Part shown: positions 1 through 12,992 of the stretch, piece by piece
Numbering within the stretch: the stretch's first letter is position 1
Layout of the letters: each line of letters begins with the position of its first letter
Assembly (NCBI GenBank): GCA_040437565.1
Contig: JBDOQK010000010.1
Coordinates: 434,001 to 498,000 of the forward strand
DNA from: Albugo candida
Taxonomy: Eukaryota
Length of the DNA: 64,000 nt
Direction of reading: 5' to 3'
Position numbers and translations under genes: made by a program
The notes under the pieces: model-generated
Database searches by the model: none
Seen by the model: the letters and a program-made list of their open reading frames with translations, nothing else
Told to the model about the DNA's origin: nothing

Positions 1-2135
1 AAACAGGCAGGAATTGAAGGGACCCCTGCGAGATTTGCAGACCCAGGAATCCGCATGAGTCAGTCACCCCACACTGGGGCATACGGGGCCGGTTTACCTG
101 CGGGAGACCATCCTGGTATAGGTATTCCCAATCGAGGGTATGTAGACCCTGGGCAGCCGACGATCCGCATGCCGGACGCGCAACAACGGAAGCTCGTGTT
201 GCAACCTTTTGATGGGAAGGAACTCTACCACGGTCTTGGTAGTGGTTTCATTGAGAGGGGCAAATAATTTGTCCGTCAAGTCGGGTTCCCGAAGCGTGCG
301 TGTGGCTTCTTCTGGCCATAAGATATCAAGGTTGATGTCCTAGGTCAGCACCTAGCCGGCAAGGCCCAGACGTACTACCGTCAGCAGGTCGAGACATGGT
401 CTCGTGAAAGCCAAACTTTCGAATATGGGATGCAAGAAATGTTGTAGACCTTCAATACGAAGATCTCGCCTGCAAAAAGGATGAAGCTGTTCAAGGCACC
501 CAAGGCATTTCATCAAAACTCGACGGACCATTTTATCGATTTGACGGCAGTCAGCGATGCCTGTGGAGGTGCAGACAACTTTGTGCTGGACATTATTTTT
601 CATTATTCTGATCCACACATGCGGATGACGATGTTGTCCAGGTTGACATCCAACGTATAGATTACCTATAGCAAGCAGAAGAATTAGCACAATTTGTCTA
701 ATTTACGGAGGTGGACACTCATGCCAAGAACTTCGGTCGAGATGTGGTGAACACTGTGGAACCTCGTGAAGAAGTTCAAAGACGAGGTCAAGTCAAGAAC
801 ACCGCAACCACGAACCGACACCCGGACTTGATTTAAATGTGGCGAGGTCGGGCACATTACGTCGTGGTGCCCGCTGATAAAGAAGAAACCCGCGGGTGCG
901 AACTTCGTTTTCGTGCTTGAACATGGTGCGGGTGACAAAGCCAGCCAATGGATACTTGACAGCGGTTCGAGCAGACATTTTGTCAATGAACCCAGCCTGC
1001 TCACCGACCCGACCAATTGGCGAAGTGAGTGTCTGACCGCAGACACCGATGGAAGTGCGCTGCGGATCACCCAACATGGGACTGTGGACATTCACGTTAT
1101 CACACTTGGTGTTGAGAACACAGGAAGACACCTCAACGTTCAGTACGCGGAAAACCTCGAGCGTATCACTATTTCCTATGGGTCGCTCGAGGCCAAGGGT
1201 TGCTTACTCGAATATTGAGGACGGTGGCGCGTCTTTTCCTCCAGTGTTGGTGGTACGCCCATCATGGATGTAGAATGTTGCAACATTGTCTTGGTTGTTG
1301 CTGTGACTCGTCACAGCAATGATAATACCAAGCCACCACGGCAGACAATGATATCGGTGATCAATTCGCCTGAATATGATGCGATTCGGATGTTCAGTGC
1401 GTACCTTAATGCACTTTTATCGGCGTCTAGGGCCCCTATGTTTCGACACGATCACCAAGATGGCTCAGGATCAAGTGTCAGCCTTACAGCTGACTGACAC
1501 GACACGTCAAAGATTTCTGGCCTGAGCCAAAGGGAAAGCAGACCAAGCGAGTACAGTCAAAGAGGAACACGGGCACAAATTCGCCAATCGATGTGATCGG
1601 TAGCGCCCTCATTTGTTCGGACCTCAAAGGCCCTATGACCCCCGAGATCGTTTGATAATCAGATACATGGTCAACTTCATTGATCATCGTTTTAGCTACT
1701 GTCCNNNNNNNNNNNNNNNNNNNNNNNNNNNNNNNNNNNNNNNNNNNNNNNNNNNNNNNNNNNNNNNNNNNNNNNNNNNNNNNNNNNNNNNNNNNNNNNN
1801 NNNNACGACATGATGGCGGATATTCTCACGAAGTCGTTGTCCGCACCAAGACTGGAGGAGCTACGTAAGATGTTCAACTTGAAGGCAACTCAGGCTGACG
1901 TCGAGAAGGAGTGTTAAAAGATGTTAGTTCTGACGGGTATGAGTTCCCCAAGGGTAAATGCAAGACCTGTTACAGGTTATGTCGACCTCAACTGACTGGC
2001 CCAAAAGTGACATCTGGTAATGGTGGGAGAGGCATTGACATACGGATGTCATATGGGATCAGGATCAACAAGTGCTGGTCATATGCATTTTTTACTTCCT
2101 ATATCCTTTGCACAAGTGCGAACAGCGCCAACGTC
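1..2135 (+). mobile_element. Degenerate Ty1/Copia LTR retrotransposon (gag, protease, integrase start, gap, RNase H end, PPT, start of 3' LTR); left end outside the window
   Basis: Broken + frames encode gag-like KLVLQPFDGKELYHGLGSGF (~190-250), a zinc-knuckle remnant FKCGEVGHITSWC (~832-870), Copia protease WILDSGSSRH (~950-980), a GAG-pre-integrase-like TLMHFYRRLGPLCFDTI (~1400-1450) and integrase start CSDLKGPMTP...YMVNFIDH. After the gap come the RNase H end DMMADILTKSL...RLEELR (1807-1866), purine tract GAGAAGGAG (1903-1911) and TGTT at 1912. PR-IN-(RT)-RH order is Copia-type. Many stops and frameshifts. Confidence 0.9.
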
Positions 2136-2142
2136 TAATATC

Positions 2143-3220
2143 CTAAACTCACCCCATGCATTTTTTAACCAATGACATTTCATCATTATTGATATTTGAT
2201 CCAATCACTCTTGGTCGTTTCAGCCAATCATGACTAACCAAATTTTCAATATCGGTAGCGTTCTTGACATCGAAATCTACCGTCAATCATCTACCTTCCC
2301 ACAAAATGTCTATCACAAGCTTCCTGGACTTGACGTGAATNNNNNNNNNNNNNNNNNNNNNNNNNNNNNNNNNNNNNNNNNNNNNNNNNNNNNNNNNNNN
2401 NNNNNNNNNNNNNNNNNNNNNNNNNNNNNNNNNNNNNNNNCATTTTGGTCAAACTTCTACCTCGCGAGCAGAAGGGATGCATGCAACACTGACAAAATAA
2501 ATCGGTAAAAATTCAGGGGATTTGCTGTCTTTTACAATAGGATCAGGTTTTCTTGTGCAAATCAATTCAAGAGAATTCATAATACCAACGAAATTCAATC
2601 CAGCTGCGTGGACACAATAAGATCTGGAATTTCAATGTGGCATAGATTTCGACGAGAGATATCAAAGCATGCATTAAATATAGCCCACAAACAGTATCAA
2701 TTAACCCGCAAGAAAGTAGCGAGCTACCAAGGACCACTTGAACTGGTGTACATCAGCAAAGACTAGGCATACCATGTAATCATAAGTTTCATCAGCTAAT
2801 CTAACAACACACCACTTGCAACAGAAGACATTGACACACAATAGTGGCTCAAGCAGGAAATCCTCATCAACCTATCATTGCCAATCTACAACAGGAAATT
2901 CTTGACTTGCCAACGACTAAAGAAACACAATAATTCAAGATCCTCCGATAATCAGGGGAAGAGGCAGGCCATCAGGTTCACGCAATCACTCAACACAAAG
3001 AGATCCGTCATCTTTTGAATATGAGCAGACATGAAATCAAACTCGGACTTCTAATCCACAAACCCGCCGCCTTCCCAGATGCAGAATTTGTCAAGCATCA
3101 GGACATAATGCCAGGAGTTGCAGGTTGCGTCCTGCATCAAGTTCCACATTCAATCAGTCAAAAATGACTACTTAAAATAATGAAATATGATTGGCTAAAA
3201 GATGCATGGGGTGAATTTAG
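2143..3220 (+). mobile_element. TIR DNA transposon remnant, probably Mutator-like (MULE)
   Basis: 41-bp imperfect inverted repeats at 2143-2183 and 3180-3220 (36/41 identical). Internal + frame reads RGRGRPSGSRNHSTQRDPSSFE...PRCRICQASGHNARSC (CCHC knuckle 3080-3121), resembling MULE transposase C-termini. Stops are present and no TSD was identified. Confidence 0.7.
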
Positions 3221-3239
3221 TAATAAGCGAGGCTGAGTT

Positions 3240-3269
3240 TAGCAATTCCCTAAAAATAGGGAATTGCTA
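3240..3269. repeat. Perfect hairpin, 13-bp stem with 4-nt loop
   Basis: TAGCAATTCCCTA-AAAA-TAGGGAATTGCTA, lying between the two TIR elements. Confidence 0.9.
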
Positions 3270-4028
3270 TTTCCAACCACTTTTTTACTATTTCCATCCA
3301 CCACGTAACTATCTGACCGATCAAATTACGGCGCTATTTCAATCCAAGTTTTTACTACTTCCACCTACCTTTTCATAGTAGGGGCACTTCTTTCAAAAGT
3401 ACTGACTGGTAGACCACCCCTGGATGTATATAAACTGCCATGAACGGCGTTACTCCAAGAGCATAGAAAGTAGGCTATCCGTGTCGCATCCGTAATAGAT
3501 AATGTAGAGTACCATTTTCAGTAGAAAGAATTCTGTTTGTAGAAAGCTACCGCAAACGTGCTGCATACAACCGGTATAGCGGTATAGAGATGCCAGGTCC
3601 ACTGAAAACAGCTACGTGCAACATCTAGAGACGATATCCCATCCGATACAATAAAACCGCAGGGCATCTTTTGCGCTCGATCGCTGTCGTAATCAGTCCA
3701 TTTCTCAGACCAGACTAAACGTACTTTAAACTTCCAAGGACTTTCTCGCAAGATCTAGTTTTCAGACGACAGATGATGGCGATCCGTAAATGCGTACTTT
3801 ACTGTTTGCGAACGACGCGGTACAACGAAAAGCATGAGAAGGTTAATTGATCCAGAACTGGGATTATAGAAAGGTGTGCAACTATGAGTTCAGATACCTT
3901 CGATCGGCATGCAGGACTGTGAAACTGTACCCATATGTTGAAATAGTGGGGTGGGAATACCGCCGTAATCTGATTGGTCAGAAAGCTACGTGGTGTGGTG
4001 GGTGAAAATAGTAAAAAGTTGATTAAAA
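3270..4028. mobile_element. Second TIR-bounded non-autonomous DNA element; right end runs into the gap
   Basis: 3301-3333 matches the reverse complement of 3961-3993 at 29/33. The outer TTTTTACTATTT (~3282-3293) pairs with AAATAGTAAAAA near 4007-4018. No intact internal ORF. Confidence 0.65.
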
Positions 4029-4431
4029 NNNNNNNNNNNNNNNNNNNNNNNNNNNNNNNNNNNNNNNNNNNNNNNNNNNNNNNNNNNNNNNNNNNNNNNN
4101 NNNNNNNNNNNNNNNNNNNNNNNNNNNNCCTATATTTATTTCACTTTCAGGGATCACGAGAACTGAGATATCCTTAAAATTTGAAGTACAATGAAGTACA
4201 TCGTACGTTGACTATGGGAAAATAGGTTGCAATTGAACAAAGCTCCTTTTAAGTAGTAATCAAAATCAATGCCTCGTGTGGAACGCTATTGTCGTTTCAC
4301 TCTTGGAGCATCATTAAATATGAGATATTATAGCCTTCGCCTATTGATATAATGCCAATGTTTTGGTGGTCGGGCTTTGACTCTCTTCTCTTTTTCGTTT
4401 CTTCGAAGAAATTTCCGTTGTCGAACAACAA

Positions 4432-7010
4432 TCATTCTCTTTCCGTTGTCGAACAACAATCATTCTCTAAATCGTTATAAAACGATTCAATATCACTTCG
4501 GGAAATTGGCTTCAGCGAGAAAACGTCTAGAGCCATCGCATTTTCTTTTGTAAGGTGTCCACACACATCGCATTTAATTACAGGATAGGGATCTTCTATC
4601 ATCCATGCATACGATCGTTTCACCGAAAAAAGCAAAACTTCTCCGTGAAGCGCGAGACACCAAACACAGGCTTGGTGATTCTCACTCCAGTGTACCACGA
4701 TTACATTTGTTTTGGAATTGTCATGATTAGAAACAAGTGGGAGCCAATGTGTGTCCGCATCAAGTAAAGACTGTGGTTGATGTTCTGACCTTAGANNNNN
4801 NNNNNNNNNNNNNNNNNNNNNNNNNNNNNNNNNNNNNNNNNNNNNNNNNNNNNNNNNNNNNNNNNNNNNNNNNNNNNNNNNNNNNNNNNNNNNNNTTTCC
4901 GTTGTCGAACAACAATCATTCTCTAAATCGTTATAAAACGATTCAATATCACTTCGGGAAATTGGCTTCAGCGAGAAAACGTCTAGAGCCATCGCATTTT
5001 CTTTTGTAAGGTGTCCACACACATCGCATTTAATTACAGGATAGGGATCTTCTATCATCCATGCATACGATCGTTTCACCGAAAAAAGCAAAACTTCTCC
5101 GTGAAGCGCGAGACACCAAACACAGGCTTGGTGATTCTCACTCCAGTGTACCACGATTACATTTGTTTTGGAATTGTCATGATTAGAAACAAGTGGGAGC
5201 CAATGTGTGTCCGCATCAAGTAAAGACTGTGGTTGATGTTCTGACCTTAGAATATCTTGCTTTTGCGCACCCGTATATACCGGAGAAGTTGACGAAGGAC
5301 CAAGAGTGAGCCAATTTTTGTTTACAAGCAACCCAGCGTGTAGTAGATGATCTGCCCCTGGACCATTGTGATGTTGCGTACCCATATACTTCGACGAAAA
5401 CGACGAGGAATGGAAGTCTTCTGGTGAGGCTCGCTTGAATTGACTGACACGCTTTGTCGGCATGTTCGGGTTTCTACGATCCTTCAACAACGCGTATGAA
5501 TGAGGCACAGTACCTAGACGAAGGTACTCCGACTCATACAAGCACATAGCGTTCGGAACAAACAATAGCTTTTTGCAATTGTGATGGAAAACGCATTCTC
5601 CAAGTTTTCCTATTCTGTCGTCACTTATTTGATGCTTTAATGGATGGATCGATATCAACGAGGTGCTTCCGGAGAGCTCTTGTACGTTTAATGCTTCGAT
5701 GGTTCGAAGGCATTCCGAACATGAAAAATATTGACCACCGTCAATTGCCCAAACACAGCCACTACTCAGTTTGCGAGTTAATGGAGATACTTTGACATTC
5801 TTGAGAGGTGGTTCCAACATTTGCTCTCCATCTGGAAACGTCAGAAAGTGATTATTCATGGGGATGCGACAATTTGCATGCGTAACTTGTAGCACTCTAA
5901 TCAGACCGCACTTTTCTGGGCATTTCACTAGTTCCGTTCGGTCTTCCCAACGCGTAGCAAATATGTATAGCATGAGCTTCAAATTTATCTGAGTCGAAAC
6001 AACAGCTTTATTGTAGTTCAACGCAACACAACTGCGACAGTCTTCGATTGTTGTTGGTGTGGTAAGCAGCTTCTGTGGCTGCAAGCATTGTATTATACTC
6101 TGCGGTGACAAAATGGCGTCACTTGCATTTGGGACGTTGAATAGCGGCGATTTTTGTGTTTTCTTGAACGGAAGTTGTCGTACAAGTTCTAGAATAAAGG
6201 CAGTCTCTTCTTGGACTGCCAAATCTGGACAGTAGGCCTTACAAGTACCTACGTAGGGTATTGTCTTCGAGTCTTCAAACACGTAGAATATGTGATGAAT
6301 AAAAGTCACTGCGATTATCCAAAATTTGCCAATGGATCTTGCAGCAGCATTTTCTTGAAGGCAGGCCATGCACAAGACACTTGCAGAGAATTTTGACGTT
6401 AATATGCATTGTGACAGCTTATCAAGAGAGATCACGGGTTCCTCTGATACCATTGTTCGCCACTGTTTACATGACGACATTGTTAGTTTTTTTATAATGC
6501 ACTTCTCTTTACTATCGCAATCGAGTCTGAGGTTTGCGAANNNNNNNNNNNNNNNNNNNNNNNNNNNNNNNNNNNNNNNNNNNNNNNNNNNNNNNNNNNN
6601 NNNNNNNNNNNNNNNNNNNNNNNNNNNNNNNNNNNNNNNNATTGTGACAGCTTATCAAGAGAGATCACGGGTTCCTCTGATACCATTGTTCGCCACTGTT
6701 TACATGACGACATTGTTAGTTTTTTTATAATGCACTTCTCTTTACTATCGCAATCGAGTCTGAGGTTTGCGAATACGAAGTTTGAGCCTAAAATTTCGTA
6801 TGTAGCGACACTGTCGAAAGCATTTGATGTATATGATTTCAGTTTCATACGAGTAGCGCCTAACGAATCAAGTATACATGTCTGGCATGATGACATTGAG
6901 TCTTCACCGTCATTTACTTGTATCTTCAGTTCACCTGACTGCAGTGTACTGAATACATTGTTGATTTGATGAAGAATTGCCAACAAAGGGATCAATCGGT
7001 AAGGCACCAT
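4432..7010 (-). CDS. Secreted CCG-class (CxxCxxxxxG) effector-like protein, paralog 1; ~629 aa after removing gap-flanking duplicates
   Basis: ATG 7010, signal-peptide-like MVPYRLIPLLAILHQINNVFS, motif CQTCILDSLG at residues 42-51 (6858-6887). ORFs 6492..7010 and 4432..6480 join once the overlaps (offsets 233 and 456) are collapsed. Intronless and colinear with 22595..24460. Confidence 0.85.
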
Positions 7011-7550
7011 ATGAAAATATCGATTTATTTATGCGGTCGTAGAGCGGGTGACGTGGTTTATGAGACATTTCAGGNNNNNNNNNNNNNNNNNNNNNNNNNN
7101 NNNNNNNNNNNNNNNNNNNNNNNNNNNNNNNNNNNNNNNNNNNNNNNNNNNNNNNNNNNNNNNNNNNNNNNNNNTGAGACATTTCAGGCGATGAGGGTAA
7201 TGTGATGTGTTCCTCCAATGAACGTTCTAGAACTTGCTGCTTCTTATATAAGATTATGTATGCTCATTACATCGTAGCCACAGCACACTTGATAACCCAT
7301 CACAAATTGGCGATAATTTTGCCACACTTAGAAAGTGAAGCATGATTTAAAAGTAACAATATGGCGCTTTACGCAACTTTTGACTGCAAAACGAGTTCAT
7401 TCTAAACAAAAGTAGCGACAACGTTGTTACAAATTCCATACAAATACTTCTAACAATATAGCGGCAATACACTTTGATGAATTACCCAAAAAAACACTTG
7501 GTACAAAATGACGCGTGGAATAATATTTAAAAATCACAAACTACATATCG

Positions 7551-10500
7551 TTATCGTCTGGATTCTATGTGGGCCCCACCAACATAGATTCTCTTGCGTT
7601 TTCCCGACGTCGACGATGACACATGTTCACAGCTGACAACTTGTATCGGACGAAATAGTTGCCAGCAATGATCATACAAAGTATCCTCACAAACCCTTAG
7701 GAAGCCACTGCGGTCCGCCATGCTATCGCTATCAGCAGAGCGGTATAGAAATATGAACTTGGGCAACGATTGATTCCTAAGCGAAGTCTCCCACGGGCTC
7801 CTGAAGTTCAACCGGCGACCGCATGAAATTACTGACCCAGTCATCCTTGTACCGTACTTATTCCATTCCTCTTTTAAGCAAGCGCTGATATGAGCACTAG
7901 CATTAACTTACACGATCTAACATCACAATCAAGTAGCAGCACTTACTAACGGACCAAAAAAAAAGTAAATCCCTATCTGTGCACTTCAAGAAACGAAATT
8001 AACGCAGCATTTGAATTCATACTATTGGCGACACTGGGATAATATTATTCCCCAGTTCGACTTCTCGCGCAGAATTATGCCTTTAATCCACCGCTATGAG
8101 CAGTCAACATTCTACCGCTCCACCCAGGATACATTTATCAATGTGCATGCCTCCCGTTCGGGAAGACCACAAGCTGAAACGGGTGAATTTCAGCACTTCG
8201 ATACAGCCTCTTCGAGACAAATTTTACTTCATTCTTGGCGACTTCAGTGCAAAAATCAGACGAAGTCCAGCATCTACCTCCATGGTAATGCTACGAACAC
8301 TAACCATTCTCGAGGCTATCGAAACAATAATAGATTCCGATCAACGAAACTTTCTTCAGCGCTAATACTCTATACCTGTCCAGAACTATATTTGAGAAGC
8401 ATGCGAGGAAAATAACGACATGGCAAGGCCCTCGAAACAAACAACCTATAGTTCAATCAAATCATCTAAATTGTCTGCCCGTTTCGGTATAAATTGTTCT
8501 CTATGGGTGCTCAATTGGACTCTGGCACATATGTTAACAGCGACCACAGACTATTTTCAGCTTCGTCCATATTCCTTATGCCTACAAGAGTCTCGCAAAA
8601 GTGAATCCCGAAACTCGATGATGCTGACGTTTAACCTGTCTCTCTTGTCATATGCAACGTCTTCCAAGATCACATCACTTTAGTTTTCGCACTCCCTAAC
8701 AACATTTTTGACTGCTCGCCGTGCCAAATCAAATCATCACAGCTGCTGACAAAAACATCGGTCCTTGAACGGAAGATCCTTGCCAATCAATCTATGATGC
8801 GGATTAAAGCGCGCCTCTCACACACGCAAAAACAACTTGGACTAGCTATCGCGGCTTGCAATGACCCTGTGGATCTACTTATTCTCTGATTACTCCTGAT
8901 CCGGGAAACTTGAGCTCGGTGCAAACGAATCAGTGAGGCTTAGCCAGGCCTTCAACTCGAACAGTTACAAGGCAGGAAATTCTCCAGCAACATGTTTCAT
9001 ATTATGAAGTGTCTATTTCCGCTTGAGCACCAACCGCTCATTATGCACGATCGTAACAGCTACGGCATCGGTACCGATAGCAAAAACACCTCTATCCTTG
9101 CCGATTACTTCAGGTCACCATTCTAGGATATCGCACGTATACATATACATCTTCTACCTTACCGTTGTTGCAACCCAATCATCACTACCAAATTCCACAA
9201 GCCTTCTTTTCTTAGAGAACAATCACGCCTCGGGATCGGATAACATGCCCTCGTTATTTTTGAAACGTGTTTCTTTTGCGGTTCTTCTTGATTAGCCGCC
9301 TTCATCAATCACGCTGTCAACACTTCAACAAACCCATCTTACAGAGCCTCGACCATGGCGTCCTATTGCCCTACCAAAACCAAACAAGCCGGGTGAAAAT
9401 CCTTCATTACTGAGCACGACCAGAAAAACGCTATCGCTCATTATCCTACATAGAGTATGGGATATACTTGATGCTTGGATCTCAAAGGATCAGAATTGTT
9501 TTAGACGCACCTGAAGTGTGGCATACTCAGTATGGGCCCATAAATGGAGTGTGGCGTTCCCTTAAACGCACTATGCACATAATGGGCATCGATCGATCTG
9601 AGCAAGGCATTTGACACCATCTGCAGATTAAACTTATCGCAGTGCTCGTGTCTTTTCTTTCTTCAGACGACGTCCATCTCGTCAAAAGACTTCTTGCCGA
9701 CATTGTTTGTCCAAACAAAGTGCTGCCTATATCCTGGTAGCTTCAAATAAGTCGCGCCAACAGACAGTTTCCCCAATACGCCTCGAAACCAGAACGTTTT
9801 TTTAGCTGTTTCAAGTAGTAATGGCATCACAAAGGTGATTCAGGGCCCCCTGTGTTATTCATCATCTACCTCGAAGCGCACTCTGTTCTCGAAGCGGCAC
9901 TCTGTGACCTATCCACTTGGCTTAACGCAACCGTATAGCAGCTACGCAATATCTATGTCGATGATGTCGATTTATTCATTCTCAGCAGGACACACTTGAT
10001 ACAATCTTTTTCATGATCCAACAGTATTCGCCAGAAGGTCCCTTCAAGGCAATGCAGCCAAGACCAAACGAGCCCAGATTTCTAAATCAACGGACATTCA
10101 GCCACGTCGCATTCGAATATTAGGCACGCTACTTGGCGACTATGAGAAATAGCACAACGGAATGCACGGGCAAATCGCTCGTTTTTTTAATTATGAAGAC
10201 TATAAACGTTTACCTCACGGACCTACGAGCCTGTTTTTTCAACAGATACATGTTGACAATCTTAATTTATTTCATTGTGGTTCATTGGCATTGACGGAAA
10301 GAGTCCTTAGCCAACTCGAACCCTTTCATCGCCACTTGCTCGGCCGCGTTCTCCGTATCCGTTATCCTGCGCATATCGGCAGCCAGGCACTAGATGCAAA
10401 GTGTCAGACTGTACCTCGTCGGTAGCATATCGTGACAGCTCGATGGCGCTTCTTTAAGCACAGTTTGCGCCACCCAAAACGAATCCCAAAAGAAACCATG

Positions 10501-12631
10501 ATGGTCCGCTATTCCAACGCGCTACCCAGGCCCGACCATTCCGAAGACAAACAGCAGCGTGTCTTTCAACAGTCATTCAGAGATTTTCATTCGGCACACC
10601 TTCAGCTTGAGACCTACTCAGCTCGTTGCTATTTTGCCCACATTGCTCAAGACCGTTCCAAGTAAACAGCCTTCGCCAATACCGTAATTAAATCTGCTGC
10701 ACGTAATTGCCTCAGAAAAGAACTTCTCAGACGTAAGCGAAAGCTAGAATCCTCCTCTATGGATTCGATTAGACCGAGAAAACCTGAACAATAATAATTA
10801 TATTTTTTGTATACCATGAAAGTTTATGTCAGCTATTTGGGTTGAAACTGGAAACTCGCTAGTCCATAATCTATGCGCTTGACTTGTATGAACGCATTAG
10901 ATCATGTTCCTTCTTTCAATATATGTGTAGGCACCCTGGATGGGCTACGTCAACTCATTGATAGATGTAATCATGAGTCGACCTGGAATCGCGTCGTTGC
11001 ACATGCTTTGTAAGCTGCATGTATGATGTAACACTTCGTAGTGGTTAACATGCTAACCACGGATTGTGAGAGCCACATTTTGACGCTACCATGTTAGATT
11101 GATTCGGCGCTTCACACAGTGTCGATATACTTTCGAGATCTTGGCTGACTAGCGACAGTCCTCCCGAACGTGATAGATTCCGTTATATAAGTATGTATCA
11201 AATGTGACGACACATCAAATTCCAAAATAGCTAAACACGCTACAACCGTTTGCAACTCTCAAAACCAGTAACGGAGCCTGGGTTTATTATGAGCCTCTCT
11301 TCCAATGTAGTCTCAGCAAGAGCTTGCAAGATGGAAAGCGATAGAAGGAAATGAGCGTTTGAGAAGGTACGACCGAGCAAATAAACCATCATCCCGCAGA
11401 AATGATGCTGTTAGCAGCAAAATATAACGATAAGCACGTTGGTAATCTGGGATTTGAACGGAAGAAAAAGATCCGCACTGAATCGAAGAAAACAGTGCTC
11501 TCGCACACTCGGAGCTGGCAATTCTTTCAATACAACATAACATGGGATCGAGTGATACAAGGGTCGGAACTTACTTTAAGGCGATAAACATCCATGCGAA
11601 TTATCGCGAAGCATCGACTTGCAACTGTCACATTTTATGTGTGTCCTTGAAATAAATCGAGTAATTTGCATTACGGATGCCGTATCGAGGCGTGAGGGCT
11701 TGTGCTCATTAAAGCTCCGTCAGCTAGACTGGTTATACTGATCAACATGGCTATCCGTAGGATTTATCGTTGTCACCAGTAGCTTAGTTTTTTTGCTAAA
11801 AGTGGTCTATGTATATGCATTGTGTAAAAGAAGAAGTATGATTGTCCGGGCTGTTCAAGTACGCTATATGCTCGCTGCCAAATCAAGTCTCGACCACGAC
11901 TAAGCTTTCATGAGCCAAGATTATTATGTTCAACGCGTCTGATGAAGTGGATTTGGTCAAGACAATTTTGATCTATAAGTAATCACTGGATATGGCTGCT
12001 TTATGCTCTATCGTTACCGTGTATAAAGTAACAGGTTTCGGATTGCTGGTGTGCCTGAGTGGGGTGCGTACAATTTGATAAATTGGATCGACTGGGCTCA
12101 TCTAGAGAGTGACGTTCTTCGATTGCCATAGCAATAAGGATGGATATTTTATGTGAACGTTTGACTATCAGCAAGTCAGGGCCAGAATTGGGGAAACAGA
12201 ATTGCCCTAGTGTCGTCGGCATTGTGGATGCTGATATCATGCACCACTTTAATCTCGAGAACAAACGGGAATCACAATCCGTACCCTTTCTTGATAAGTG
12301 ACCAGATGCTGTTGCTTGATTTGGATTGGAAGGCTGCGTCCTACATGCCTAGTCTGTGGAATCACTAAGCGATGTAAGTGTAGAATACCATTCAGACATT
12401 ATGGATCAGATCAGACACTTGGAATGCGTTCTTACCATATGTGTTCTGCTTATCTGACTCTCCCTCTTTTCCGGCCTCTGTATTGGCAGTTTCTAAAGAC
12501 ATTGATTATACATAAACATGCGAGAAGAACCCACTGGGCTTTTTCTTACTTCATCTGACTATAAAGCACTCACCAACAGCTAATGCCAACGCAGCCAGAA
12601 AATATGCATGCACCAGAAGCGAATGAACCAC
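7551..12631 (-). pseudogene. Decayed secreted, effector-like gene apparently split by the LINE insertion
   Basis: 5' part: GTG 12631 then VVHSLLVHAYFLAALALAVGECF (signal-peptide-like), followed by many stops. The segment at ~11820-11965 (CLDQ...GS*KLSRGRDLIW...SYFFFY) resembles the open 3' fragment 7551-7906 (ACLKEEW...GSVISCGRRLNF...PKFIFLY...VCEDTLYDHC...GKRKR). That fragment's 5' end abuts the LINE edge. Confidence 0.4.
7910..10800 (+). mobile_element. Degenerate non-LTR retrotransposon (APE endonuclease + RT, RTE-like)
   Basis: Endonuclease motifs CALQETK (~7978) and LGDFSAK (~8234). RT motifs RPIALPKPNKPG, DLSKAFDT (9595-9618), VLFIIYLE and YVDD (9954-9965). C-terminal LEPFHRHLLGRVLRIRY...RWRFF. 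Ends near AATAATAAT (~10790). Numerous stops and frameshifts. Confidence 0.9.
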
Positions 12632-12992
12632 GTGAGCGTCACTCACACATTATCGAGGGTAAATAAAAAGCTCGTTTGCACTTGACCCTATCGCGGGCTC
12701 GATTACCAGATCGTATTGAAATAATTTGGCGCAAGTAAAGCTGGACTTGAAGGAAACTGTCTAGTCGTGGATGGATATAATAATTCTCATAGACTTGTTC
12801 GTATTAGCAACATACGTAAGGAGTTTATGAAGAAATTGACAATCAATCAAACAGCATAATGCTAATTAGAGATCAATAAGCATGCTTTCAGGTACACCTC
12901 ACAAAGTTGCTCAGAGATTACAAAACAAGCTAGCAATTCGTGCAGAGTTCACAGTCGCTAACTAGATTTGTAGCGTCGAGTTATGAATATCG

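Noticed and set aside
4413-4468. 28-bp repeat as a possible CRISPR unit
   Set aside because: Two adjacent copies with no spacer, in eukaryotic coding DNA.
4432-5251. Apparent duplicated C-terminal domain in CCG paralog 1 (similar cases in XPB, the fusion gene and VPS13)
   Set aside because: The copies are identical or nearly so and separated by exactly 100 N, which indicates scaffolding overlap rather than domain duplication.
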